Shown piece after piece: positions 10,959-20,891 of a stretch of DNA of 64,000 nt. The translations under genes were made by a program, and so were the position numbers. A model generated the notes under the pieces. That model did no database searches and had not been told where the DNA came from. It was given only the letters and a program-made list of their open reading frames with translations. Source of the stretch: Schizochytrium sp. TIO01 (lineage: Eukaryota > Protista > Bigyra: Labyrinthulomycetes). The DNA is taken from assembly GCA_004764695.1 (NCBI GenBank), contig SMSO01000031.1, positions 9,096,761-9,160,760 on the forward strand. Reading direction: 5' to 3'. How positions within the stretch are numbered: position 1 is the first letter of the stretch; each line of letters starts with the position of its first letter.

Positions 10959-12893
10959 ATGAGGTTCTCGGTCGCAAAGGAGATCAGGCGGAGGCTGAGC
11001 AGCGGGAGCAGTCAGATTCGCAATCAGGCCCTCCATGGACAATTGTCCAAAATTGATTTTGAAAATATATCCCTCTCGCAGGCTGCCACTGTAGTGAGAA
11101 GTACTTACAATACTGATCACCGAGATGAAGTTCTGCAAAGAATCCCACAAAAGTACATTATGCCAAAGTCTGTACATTTATTTTTGACACCTGAGACAGA
11201 GATGCAGCTCCGTGAGATCTTCCAACATATCGATATTGACCAAAGTGATTCCATAGACCTGGATGAAATGGTTGATGGCTTCCGTGCGATGAAAGTTAGC
11301 CTCACTCGTACAGAAATTCAATGTATACTCAGCAAAACAGACAGAGAATCAGATATTGACTTTGACGAGTTTGCAACCCTCATGCTTCGCGTGGAAATCA
11401 AACTTATCCATGAAAAAGCTGCGCAACGAAATGCAGACAGGCTAAAAAAGGAAGCAAGGAAAATGAAAGAAAAGCGACTTTTGGAAAGCTGCTGCTATCG
11501 GCTCTATGACGCATGCACGCGTGATTTACATATAGCGCGTGCAAAAGTTTGGGCGCTTGTTGATGATCCAGGGTCTTCTACCTTGGCAGGGATATTTTCT
11601 GTCATCATTTTATTAATAATCGTGTTATCCTGCACGACGTTTATGATTGAGAGCAGCGGTCTACTGTACAGTTTCTCGAATGTTGATACTGTTTTCCGCA
11701 TTGTGGAAAAAGTTTCAGGTTTTATTTTCAGCATTGAATTCATACTGCGCATTCTCAGTTGCCCGTCTTTACTCCGTTTTATCTCAAGCCCACTAAATTG
11801 GGTCGACTTAATCGCAGTCATCCCTTTTTGGATAGAAGAGTATGCTCTTCTCATGACTGATCATTCCCTAAGCTTCAATGGTAGCTCTCTTCGTGTCGTG
11901 AGGTTAGTTCGTATTTTTCGTGTACTCAAAATTGGTCGCTATTTTCGCTGGATGCGTGTGTTCATAGCAACCATCGAACAGAGCATTTTCCCACTTGGTA
12001 TGGTACTTTTGATAATTATCATTGGATTGGTCACTTTTTCGGCGCTTTTATACTACGCCGAGCGTGGAAAGTGGGATGGTGATTTGCAGTATTTCGTGAA
12101 AACCATCAATGGAGTTCAAAATAGAACCCAGTTTGATAGTATTCCTTCAACATTTTGGTTTGTTATGAGTACTCTCACAACTGTTGGATACGGGGACATG
12201 CAGCCTACGACAACACTGGGTCGATGCTTTTCGATTGTCACAGCCATTTTCGGAATTCTCGTCATGGCAATTCCCATTTCAATTTTGAGCACAAATTTTC
12301 GAGTGGAATATGAAAGAATGAAGAACCGCCTCGAAATTGAAAAAGAACAGATCGTGCGGCAGTCACTGTCCCCAGACGAGGTTCTCGAGCAAATCAATAT
12401 GAATAAGCACCTTCAAATGGTTATTTCTGATACGCAATCGTTCGCTCTTGCAGCTGTAGCAGATAGTTGTCTTCATGAACATCAAAGTTTTGCATTGTCA
12501 GCATACAAAACTTGCAGAACGAACCAAAAGCGTATTTTCAAAGACCTCAGACACAAAGAGCGAGACAACCGTCATCATTTACTCGAAAACCTTTGCAATG
12601 TTCAAAAACAGTATCTAGACCTGCGGAAAATCGAAGGTTTTGATACGGACATCGATCCAGAGGTTGCTCGCTCAATAATGTCACCGACAGGTCCTCATTC
12701 TCTCGACTTGAACCAAGGTGCTGGTGCACTTTCGGCAAATCCCGAACTTGGGCAAAGTCCCCCAAAAAGGCTTCCCACCCCAGACAACCATCCCAAGAAA
12801 CCTTCTATAGAACAAGCTCATTCTGTTGATTTGTCTCCTCTTACAGATGACAAAGAAGTCAATGATCTTCTCAAGGAGCTCGACCTCATCTAA
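10959..12893 (+). CDS. Voltage-gated K+ channel (6TM Kv type) with N-terminal EF-hand pair
   Basis: Selectivity filter TLTTVGYGDMQP; S4 SLRVVRLVRIFRVLKIGR; S3 NWVDLIAVIPFW; S6 ILVMAIPISILSTNF; EF-hand loop DIDQSDSIDLDE plus a degenerate second hand (KTDRESDIDFDEF). Confidence 0.93.
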   Translation: MRFSVAKEIRRRLSSGSSQIRNQALHGQLSKIDFENISLSQAATVVRSTYNTDHRDEVLQRIPQKYIMPKSVHLFLTPETEMQLREIFQHIDIDQSDSIDLDEMVDGFRAMKVSLTRTEIQCILSKTDRESDIDFDEFATLMLRVEIKLIHEKAAQRNADRLKKEARKMKEKRLLESCCYRLYDACTRDLHIARAKVWALVDDPGSSTLAGIFSVIILLIIVLSCTTFMIESSGLLYSFSNVDTVFRIVEKVSGFIFSIEFILRILSCPSLLRFISSPLNWVDLIAVIPFWIEEYALLMTDHSLSFNGSSLRVVRLVRIFRVLKIGRYFRWMRVFIATIEQSIFPLGMVLLIIIIGLVTFSALLYYAERGKWDGDLQYFVKTINGVQNRTQFDSIPSTFWFVMSTLTTVGYGDMQPTTTLGRCFSIVTAIFGILVMAIPISILSTNFRVEYERMKNRLEIEKEQIVRQSLSPDEVLEQINMNKHLQMVISDTQSFALAAVADSCLHEHQSFALSAYKTCRTNQKRIFKDLRHKERDNRHHLLENLCNVQKQYLDLRKIEGFDTDIDPEVARSIMSPTGPHSLDLNQGAGALSANPELGQSPPKRLPTPDNHPKKPSIEQAHSVDLSPLTDDKEVNDLLKELDLI

Positions 12894-13899
12894 TCTCAGA
12901 TAAATTAGGCTGGATCTCTATGATGTCTCGCAAAGAAGAATCTAGCTGCCGCATGTGCACTTCTCTATTGTTTAGATAGGATGCAGAACTCCAAGAAGTC
13001 CTACCTAGACCTCACTGAACTATGTATCAGTCATTAAAGCTCGCGAAATCTTGATGTGGCTTTGCCCAGCCAAAACTATAACAAAATACTTATCGTTCGC
13101 TTCATGCAGCACCTACGTTCCTTCTAGCCCCCCCCCCCCCTCTTTGTCTATCTCTCCTTGGTGTGTTGATGTGTCTGCGGATATTAAATATATTATATAT
13201 TAGCTAGTAGCTACATATCAAGGGCAAAACTCCCTATGAAGAGCATTCAATTGCAAGCAAAGTATCTACATATCTAAATGTATTACTCAATTTCTCTTTA
13301 TTTGTCCTTATGACGTTCAAAAAGTTTCACTTGTGGCAGAGTGGGCAATCTATAATTTATGGTTTTTTGGCCACCTAGTTGGCTCTTTGACACTTCTGCT
13401 TGCACCATCAAAAATACTCATCCTAGTAACAATTTTCTGTTTCCCGGACAACCCGCGTCTCTATGTTTTGCAAAATCACGCTCATTTACCAGATAGTCAT
13501 AACTTCGTGAAGACGGCTTGTGCCCACCATCAAATGTTTAGCGAAAGTAACGGGAAGGACAGATATTGCATTGAGACAAAGGTACGTGCAGACCAGCTAG
13601 CCAGCAACAGCTTGACGTACCCATTCTTTCCTAAATTAAGTTGACATTTGATAGAAGGCTCGCTTCCTGCTCCTCGGTCTTGACAAATTCTCTCTAGGTA
13701 CATCATATATTGACTATACTAGAGAAGTAGGTGCACTTCCATCGTCATCACCATCATGTCCACTCTCTATCAAAGTTGCGCACGTACCTTGAGCCCAATT
13801 TGTCAATTTTCATTCTCTTTTTATCCCAGTTCTATTATTCTTCAGATCTTGCCTTAACACTATTATATCACTATTCTTACGACCTCCAGCGCAGCCTCG

Positions 13900-14480
13900 A
13901 CCCAACTTGGACTTCATATCATAGGTGCAGCATCCATCCCTCAGCCACTTTGTGCTCGGTCCAAACCTTTGCGTTTCTCCCGCCCTCGTCAGACCTCAGG
14001 GCGCTGTTCATAAATGCTGCAACTCGAAGTGCCGCCGTACTTCTTCTTGGCGCATAATCGCCGACTCCACCTTTTTCGGCAAGCGTTTCTTGTCCAACAT
14101 CGCTCCAGCCAGTCCAACCTCGCAGGTTTTCTTCCAAACCTCCTCTACAGAACTTGCTCGAGCAACCCAAAGAAGCCGCGCAGTGGCGACGCCGGCACCC
14201 CCATCGAGAATGAATATAGACAGGCAATTGAAGAGGAAGAAGAAGAAGAAGTTAGCTGGCCTCGATATCGCAACCTTCAGAAATTACGAGATGTGTAATC
14301 CTTATTCCTCCACGATCCCAAACGAAAAATGCAATCGATCGTCGTGTCGTCCGTCCTGCAAGCTTCTGCCTGGCAACTCCAAAACTCCAGGCCCAAGCTG
14401 CTCCTGAATGCTCTCCTCCTGCTCCGAGTTGCTATGACCTTTAGCACGCCAGACTTAACTTTACACGCGATCCACGCAAA
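13900..14480 (+). mobile_element. Possible decayed Merlin/ISXO2(IS1595)-like DDE transposase relic
   Basis: Colinear motif remnants across frameshifts: CAR(S) and KCCNSKCRR (Zn ribbon), STFF, STELARATQRSRA (HTH-like), YRQAI, KKLAG, GAAATT-ACGAG (EI[D]E with 1 nt missing) and AAACGAAAA(A)TGCAATCGA (KRK-CNR, cf. KRKYNRG). No TIRs identified; boundaries approximate. Confidence 0.4.
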
Positions 14481-15428
14481 CTCGTTAAATTACCCTTTAG
14501 AAACAGAGAGAGAGAGCTATCTACAAAGTAAATCGACCCATCCGTCTCTCAACGCGTGCAGCGCCAGCACGAATTTGCACCAGACAAGGTGTCATATATA
14601 TTAGTCGTAGATTTAAGTAGATCTAAAGAAACATGCGTGTAATATATACTACTTTGAACATTGATATTAAGGCTAAGGCTAGTGGATGCCTTAGTCTTGT
14701 ATGGTAGGTGGGACTGATTGCAGCCCTCGAGGCGGACCTAAACAGCCGCCTTCACGTGGTTACACAGAAGCGTGGTGAAGACAGCCTTGCGGCGTGAGAC
14801 CGGCGATATGGCCGGCTTGAAGGAGATGAAGGGGGAAAGGAAGGCAAAGTACAGGCTTGAGTGGCGGTACGGCGAGTGTTGCAAAAATGGCGTCTTCTTA
14901 CAGGTAGTTAATTTTTAATGGTAGAAAGCGGCCGTATTGGTTGACATTTAAGCATCTTTAGGGAGGTTTTGCCCGGCTCAAGGCGAAGAAAGGGGACAGC
15001 ATTATGGCTTTGACCATCATAAAAGTACTCCGAGTTATACAAAAGAGGGAGAAAGTGATAAATTTACATGATCCAAGGACGGGTGTCTGATTTTTTCCTG
15101 CAGCAGACCCGTTAGAGACATGCTTTGGTGCAGCTTTGTTGCCGACGCATGGAAACGAGATTAACTGCTGACAAGAAGACAGATAAGCAGGAGCGCCAAG
15201 GATATCTTGCAAGGCTATACGTCGAACACGAGAGAGATCATTGCAATTGGTGCTTCAACAGACTTGAGATTGAGTCATCTCTGGATCACTGAAGCAGACC
15301 ATAAATCCTCTAGGGTATAATTCAAACGTTGAAAGTATTAACCAACCGAAACGAGAAATAGAAGGCGTGCTTACACGCTAGTCGAGTGTCATTTTGCGAC
15401 GAGCCTCGATCTTAAATAGCCTGCTGCT

Positions 15429-18400
15429 ATGGCTGAAGTAGAGGCAGCTGTTGTGATGGGCACGGCGGAACCGCCCAGTTTGGATGAGGCAGAAGAAGAA
15501 ACGCAGCATCGCACCTGGTGTCCAGATGAGAGCGAATGCTGGAAGCTGTATGACATTAAGCTGCTTGATGCTGCCGAATCTGTGGTTCACGTGTGTAGCA
15601 AGCGAGATGCGAGAGCGCGAACGTTCAATCTGTCAGAGGTTCATAGCTTCGACCCGAGCCATTTGCTGGATTTAGACAACATCTCAAACATGAACAATGT
15701 GCATGAAGGACCCCTTCTTGACCTTTTGCGGCGACGCTACGCCAAAGATAACATCTACACTTTCACAGGAGATATTTTGATCAGTGTTAACCCGTACAAA
15801 AATGTACCAGGGCTTTACGATTTGCCATCGGCTGATGTAGTTGTGACTGAAGATGCAAAACCTCACCTTTACACCGTCGCTGCGCGTGCACTTGAATGTC
15901 TTCGAGAAGACCCTGACGAGGAGCAGACAGTGATTGTCAACGGTGAAAGTGGAGCTGGTAAAACGGAGGCCAGTAAACACATCATCCGTCTTCTTGGACA
16001 TCTTAGTAAAGATGGACAAACCGAATTTCTCGATGTGCAACAACAAATCATTGACACAAACCTGCTCCTTGAAGAGTTTGGAAATGCCAAAACAGTGCGC
16101 AATGATAATAGCTCGCGCTTTGGCAAGTACATTCGCTTGGAATACCGTAAACCGGAAAACCGTCGGGACGTTCCTGTGCTCACCGGAGCACATATTTCCT
16201 ACTTCCTGCTTGAAACCTCGCGCATTGTCTCGAGGTCGAGCAAAGAGCGGAATTATCATGTTTTTTATGCTCTCTGCGAGGGTGCCACAGAAGTCGAGCG
16301 CCAAATGCTTGGTCTTCGAAAAGCTGAGGCCTACCGTTATTTGCAATCATCAAAAGCAGCAGAAGACTCCATGATTGAATCAATTCCTGGGCGCGATGAG
16401 GGTGAGGTTTGGTATGACCTGAAGGCATCTTTGCGAAGCCTAGGACTTGATGACGATGATGTCTTTGAGGTTTCACGTAGCCTCACCACAGTTCTTGAAC
16501 TTGGTAATGTTGTTGTGCAAGAGCGTGAGCGGCGTATTGAAGGAAATGAAGCAGCACAGAATGTTGTTGTCGCCGAGATTGATCGATCACAGGAAGCTCT
16601 CAAGCGTGTAAATGACCTTCTTGGCCTTAACACGGACATGCTTTGTCTAGCGCTCACAGGACGCGTCGTAGTTTCGAACTCAGCACGAGGTTCCATGCAG
16701 AGGGTGGAACTCAGTCGCTCACAGGCTATTGAGTCCATCAACGCCCTTGCTAAAGCAATTTATTCACGGCTCTTCGATTGGCTTCTCATGCATATCAACA
16801 TTGCACTTGCAGGAGGCGAAGGAGCTCTTAACGATCGCGAAGCCTCTAGCTACATTGGTATCCTTGACATCTATGGTTTCGAGATTCTCGAGAAGAATTC
16901 TTTCGAGCAGCTCTGCATTAATTTTGCCAACGAACGCCTGCAGCGTCAATTCAACTCGAAAGTTTTCGATGCAGAACAGCATCGCTACATGGCAGAAGGT
17001 GTCCAATGGGCTTTTGAGGACTTCGGTGTCGATAACCAGCCTTGCATCGACCTCATTGGGCAGTCACGGCTTGGAATTCTGTCCATCCTTGATGAACAAA
17101 CCTTGATGCTGTATCATGCGATGGGTATTAGCTCCGGGTCTAGCATCTCTCGTTCAGCTCGACAAGTGGAAGACCAGCTTCTGCAAAAACTTCATACGGC
17201 GCACGGAGGTAAACACCCGAATTATATCAAACCGAGAATTGCTGGCACTACCTTTAAGATCCGACACTTCGCTGGAGTTGTGGAATATGATGTGACCAAT
17301 TTTCCTCTCAAGAATACTGATACCCTACATTCGGATCTCATCATGCTCATGAGTGGATCACACCGCCCATTTGTCCAAGCTCTCTTCCAGCGTGACGTAG
17401 ATGATTACATGAGAGAGCAGGAACAACGATCCGCTCTTGCCAAGCGTCGTCATTTTGCTACCAATGCAGTTCGCCAAAGCAGTGAGCTTGACCGTAAGCT
17501 CGTACGCCGACGCCTTGTTGATGGAGACGATGAAAATGAAATTCCCAACGTCGAGTTCAAAGAAGATGACCAGTCATCCAAGGCCGGTAGCCTTACGGAT
17601 GGAACTGACGAGGTCTCTGTCGATGATGATACGGATTTGATGACATCCACGCAGGCTGCTGGGGTTAACACTGGAGATGAAGATCAAGATGATGCACAGA
17701 GCTCCCTCAGTACCAACGCTTCAGTGACAAAGACAAGGAAAAACAAGGGCGTTGAGCATTACCACTTCCGCACTAACTCTACCATCGAGAACCTGTTCTC
17801 TGACGAGGCACTACGTGCAACCCTCACCTCGGCTAGCATCAAGGGTAGTACAAAGCTTCAGAAGGCTACTCGAGCTTTTGCAGCCCGAAACACTGTGGGT
17901 TTCCGTTTTAAGCAACAGCTGATGTGCCTCATGTCGATTCTTGACAATGCACGGCCTCATTACATTCGCTGCATCAAGCCCAATGCTCTTAAAAGACCCA
18001 CCATTTTCGACTCTGCACTTGTTTTGGAGCAGCTCCGCTACATTGGTGTCCTAGAAACCATCCGCATCCGCAAAACGGGCTACCCTGTCCGTTTCCGCTT
18101 TAAGGACTTTTGCGAACGTTATGACCTTTTGCTGAGAGCACACGGCCTTGGTAACCTCACACCAGATCAGCGTGAAATCGATGCTGAAGGTGGCATCTCC
18201 AACGAGCTTCGCGAAGTCATCCGTGAGACTCTTGACACCCATTTAGACGCAGGTAAGTGGCAAATTGGTAACACCAGTGTTTTTCTGCGCGATCATCAGA
18301 ACTTGGCCCTTGATCATTCCCTCAGACGAGTACAAGGTGAGCGTGCAACCAAGATTCAAGCACTGATACGCCAAGCTGCTCAGCGTAAGCGCTTTGAACA

Positions 18401-20621
18401 ACAGCTTCGAGAAAAACATGCTGCCACTAAAATGCAGGCCATGTTGCGCATGCGGAAGGCATACCGAGAACATCAAGAACGACTAGAGGAGAAGAGGGCT
18501 GCTGAAGAAGAGTGGCAACGTCTGGCAGACCAGCTCGTTCGGAAGCACCAAGAGAAACGTGCATCTGTTATACAAAAATGGGCACGTGTCTGCCGGGAAC
18601 GCAAGCGTGAGGCAGCAGCGCTGAAGCTCCAGACTGCTGCTCGTGGACTCCTTGCAAAGCTTGTTGCCAAGCGTGAGCGAATTCGTCAGCGGACAGAACG
18701 TGCACAAAACGAAGCGGCTGTCAAAATTCAGGCCATTACTAGAGGTTTCCTTTCGCGACGATTGAAGTGCCACTTTCCTGTTTGGAAAGCTGCAGCACTT
18801 CGTCTTCAACGTGCATTGCGTGCGTTCTGGCGCAACAGACTTCTTGCACAACGCATGGAGAAAATTCATAGTGCTGCTCTTGCCGGAGACTTTGCACAGC
18901 TACAGACTGTCTGCGAGCAGGCTATCGATGAGGAATGGGAGGTTTGTGGTGTTCGCTGGCGCAAACGCAACTTTTGCACCCTACTTCATTCTGCAGTTTC
19001 CTCTGGCAGCCTAGAAGTAGCTAGCTATATCCTTGATGAGGAAGATGCTGGAGGCTTGGTTCATGGCGTACCTGTAACCCGGTCGAGGGACCGGCTTGGT
19101 AATTCAGTGCTACACGAGGCCGTCCTTGCGAAGGAAAACATCTTCGAACTTTGCAACCTCTTGGTAGATCATGTTGGTGAACACAGTGCCCCTCCAGAAG
19201 AGGATGAGATGCGCCGGGCTGTTCAAGGTACCACTGCGGAGGAAGATAAGGTTTTGCGTGACCTCTTGCTTAAGCGTAAGGTACGCAGGACTTTCCATCG
19301 TCGTGTTGTCATGCTTGACCCTACAAAGGGCACCCTAAGCTACTTCAAGAACAAACACCAAACAACCCCCCGATGCGCCCTGAATCTTGGAAAGGAGTGC
19401 GGAACAACTCTTCGTGTCAGTGACCGCTATCGCAATTGTTTTGAGATTCATTCTCCCGACCTGCTCTCTACTAATTGTAAGGCTGGTCGTATGCTTTTCA
19501 AGTGCGACACACAGAAGCAATTGCAAGAATGGTTATCTGCAATTCGTGGCGTAGAAGGTGTTGGTTTCATGGCAGCTCTCTCTGCTCTCGAGCGAATTGA
19601 TCGCATTAGCTGGAGTCAAGTCCTTGCGTTCATTCTTCAAGAAAACGGAAAGCAGCAGACAGTACTGCACCTAGCTGCAGCACATAGCCTTGAGCTTGCG
19701 CTTTGGCTTATGGCGGTTGTCTCATACCAAGGGCCGATGTCCCTGATTAACTTCTTGGAAACGCCGGATGTTGAGGGCCTCACAGCTCGTGGCCATGCTG
19801 AGAAAGCTGGCCGTAAGGATATCGTGGCTGCAATTCACAAACTACAGGGCAAATTGAATCGAAGCTCGAAGCTTGCGTCTGCTGGACGAAGGTCAATTAC
19901 CCCTCGAACCTTGCTTTCAGCAGCCAAATCAGGCGGAACATACCTTTCGTTGTACTTGGGTCGCCTTGACATTCCCGGTAATGAAGCTCTGGAGGACCCT
20001 GTTTTGGCTGTTTCCGTCATCAATGACCTTACGAACAATAAACAAACCAAACCTGGCAGCTTCACGGTTGATGAACGTGGAGATGTTGATGCAATTCGAC
20101 AGGAAAACTCATCTGCGAGTATCCATAGTACGGCCACTTCTACACGTACTCTCGCGATGAAAGATAATGACCTCGTCGAACCGAAGATAGTCTTGATTCC
20201 GTTGCATGAGTCGATCGTAACATCTTCTGATGGAAATAACAAGGAAAAGACTACCTTGAACTTTGGAGCAATGTGGCATATGCAAACACCTTTGGAGCAA
20301 CTTGCACCCACTGCCACAGTTGTCATGCAGCTGTGTCATGGAAAGAACCATGGGAAGGTCAAGAGTATGATTTGTTTGCCATTCAATGCTCGAACAATTG
20401 GTGTAGGAACCTTACGACCTGGCCAACAGGAAATGACCCCTGCGGAAGTTGACACTACAATTCGCAGTGGTAACCCCTTTCTGAGAGCTGCTGAGCGACT
20501 CGGTTTTACAAGCAAGAAGGGCACGGTCATTTACTCTGAGGCAGAGAAGGGCATGGAAACTATGCATGTCAAGGTTCACTACAGTTTGCGTTCTCAGCCT
20601 TGCGTAAACTGTTTTGACTAA
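15429..20621 (+). CDS. Unconventional myosin: motor + ~6 IQ + ankyrin + PH + ankyrin + AIDA-type C2 tail
   Basis: P-loop GESGAGKT, switch I NDNSSRFGK, switch II DIYGFE, PHYIRCIKPN. IQ motifs (IQALIR, MQAMLR, IQKWAR, LQTAARG, IQAITRG, LQRALR). Ankyrin-like TLLHSAV, SVLHEAV, TVLHLAA. PH ending LQEWLSAIR. C-terminus YLSLYLGRLDI..EDPVLAVSV..HMQTPLEQL resembles AIDA C2. Confidence 0.95.
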   Translation: MAEVEAAVVMGTAEPPSLDEAEEETQHRTWCPDESECWKLYDIKLLDAAESVVHVCSKRDARARTFNLSEVHSFDPSHLLDLDNISNMNNVHEGPLLDLLRRRYAKDNIYTFTGDILISVNPYKNVPGLYDLPSADVVVTEDAKPHLYTVAARALECLREDPDEEQTVIVNGESGAGKTEASKHIIRLLGHLSKDGQTEFLDVQQQIIDTNLLLEEFGNAKTVRNDNSSRFGKYIRLEYRKPENRRDVPVLTGAHISYFLLETSRIVSRSSKERNYHVFYALCEGATEVERQMLGLRKAEAYRYLQSSKAAEDSMIESIPGRDEGEVWYDLKASLRSLGLDDDDVFEVSRSLTTVLELGNVVVQERERRIEGNEAAQNVVVAEIDRSQEALKRVNDLLGLNTDMLCLALTGRVVVSNSARGSMQRVELSRSQAIESINALAKAIYSRLFDWLLMHINIALAGGEGALNDREASSYIGILDIYGFEILEKNSFEQLCINFANERLQRQFNSKVFDAEQHRYMAEGVQWAFEDFGVDNQPCIDLIGQSRLGILSILDEQTLMLYHAMGISSGSSISRSARQVEDQLLQKLHTAHGGKHPNYIKPRIAGTTFKIRHFAGVVEYDVTNFPLKNTDTLHSDLIMLMSGSHRPFVQALFQRDVDDYMREQEQRSALAKRRHFATNAVRQSSELDRKLVRRRLVDGDDENEIPNVEFKEDDQSSKAGSLTDGTDEVSVDDDTDLMTSTQAAGVNTGDEDQDDAQSSLSTNASVTKTRKNKGVEHYHFRTNSTIENLFSDEALRATLTSASIKGSTKLQKATRAFAARNTVGFRFKQQLMCLMSILDNARPHYIRCIKPNALKRPTIFDSALVLEQLRYIGVLETIRIRKTGYPVRFRFKDFCERYDLLLRAHGLGNLTPDQREIDAEGGISNELREVIRETLDTHLDAGKWQIGNTSVFLRDHQNLALDHSLRRVQGERATKIQALIRQAAQRKRFEQQLREKHAATKMQAMLRMRKAYREHQERLEEKRAAEEEWQRLADQLVRKHQEKRASVIQKWARVCRERKREAAALKLQTAARGLLAKLVAKRERIRQRTERAQNEAAVKIQAITRGFLSRRLKCHFPVWKAAALRLQRALRAFWRNRLLAQRMEKIHSAALAGDFAQLQTVCEQAIDEEWEVCGVRWRKRNFCTLLHSAVSSGSLEVASYILDEEDAGGLVHGVPVTRSRDRLGNSVLHEAVLAKENIFELCNLLVDHVGEHSAPPEEDEMRRAVQGTTAEEDKVLRDLLLKRKVRRTFHRRVVMLDPTKGTLSYFKNKHQTTPRCALNLGKECGTTLRVSDRYRNCFEIHSPDLLSTNCKAGRMLFKCDTQKQLQEWLSAIRGVEGVGFMAALSALERIDRISWSQVLAFILQENGKQQTVLHLAAAHSLELALWLMAVVSYQGPMSLINFLETPDVEGLTARGHAEKAGRKDIVAAIHKLQGKLNRSSKLASAGRRSITPRTLLSAAKSGGTYLSLYLGRLDIPGNEALEDPVLAVSVINDLTNNKQTKPGSFTVDERGDVDAIRQENSSASIHSTATSTRTLAMKDNDLVEPKIVLIPLHESIVTSSDGNNKEKTTLNFGAMWHMQTPLEQLAPTATVVMQLCHGKNHGKVKSMICLPFNARTIGVGTLRPGQQEMTPAEVDTTIRSGNPFLRAAERLGFTSKKGTVIYSEAEKGMETMHVKVHYSLRSQPCVNCFD

Positions 20622-20891
20622 ACTAAAACAAGCACAACTAAATAACGCGTAGAAAAAACAATTATATGAAATTATGTTGCTCAATTCTCATTCATGTTTT
20701 CGTCGTTTCGAGCAACGCATTCCTGATAGGATTGGCATAGCCAAATCAGTCCCTGGCATGGTTGAGGCTATGGATGCATGCGCCAGAAACCATTCATAGC
20801 AGCCTATCCATTAGTATCGTTGCTAGATCTTAAATTTCGGCAAGGAGCACCGTGAATGCTAATGTAAAGTTCTTAATTTATTTTCTTGATA

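Noticed and set aside
14887-15420. Candidate upstream coding exon for the myosin (ATGGCGTCTTCTTACAG|GTAGTT)
   Set aside because: Splicing to the AG at 15419 is out of frame with the myosin ORF; at most a UTR exon or uORF.
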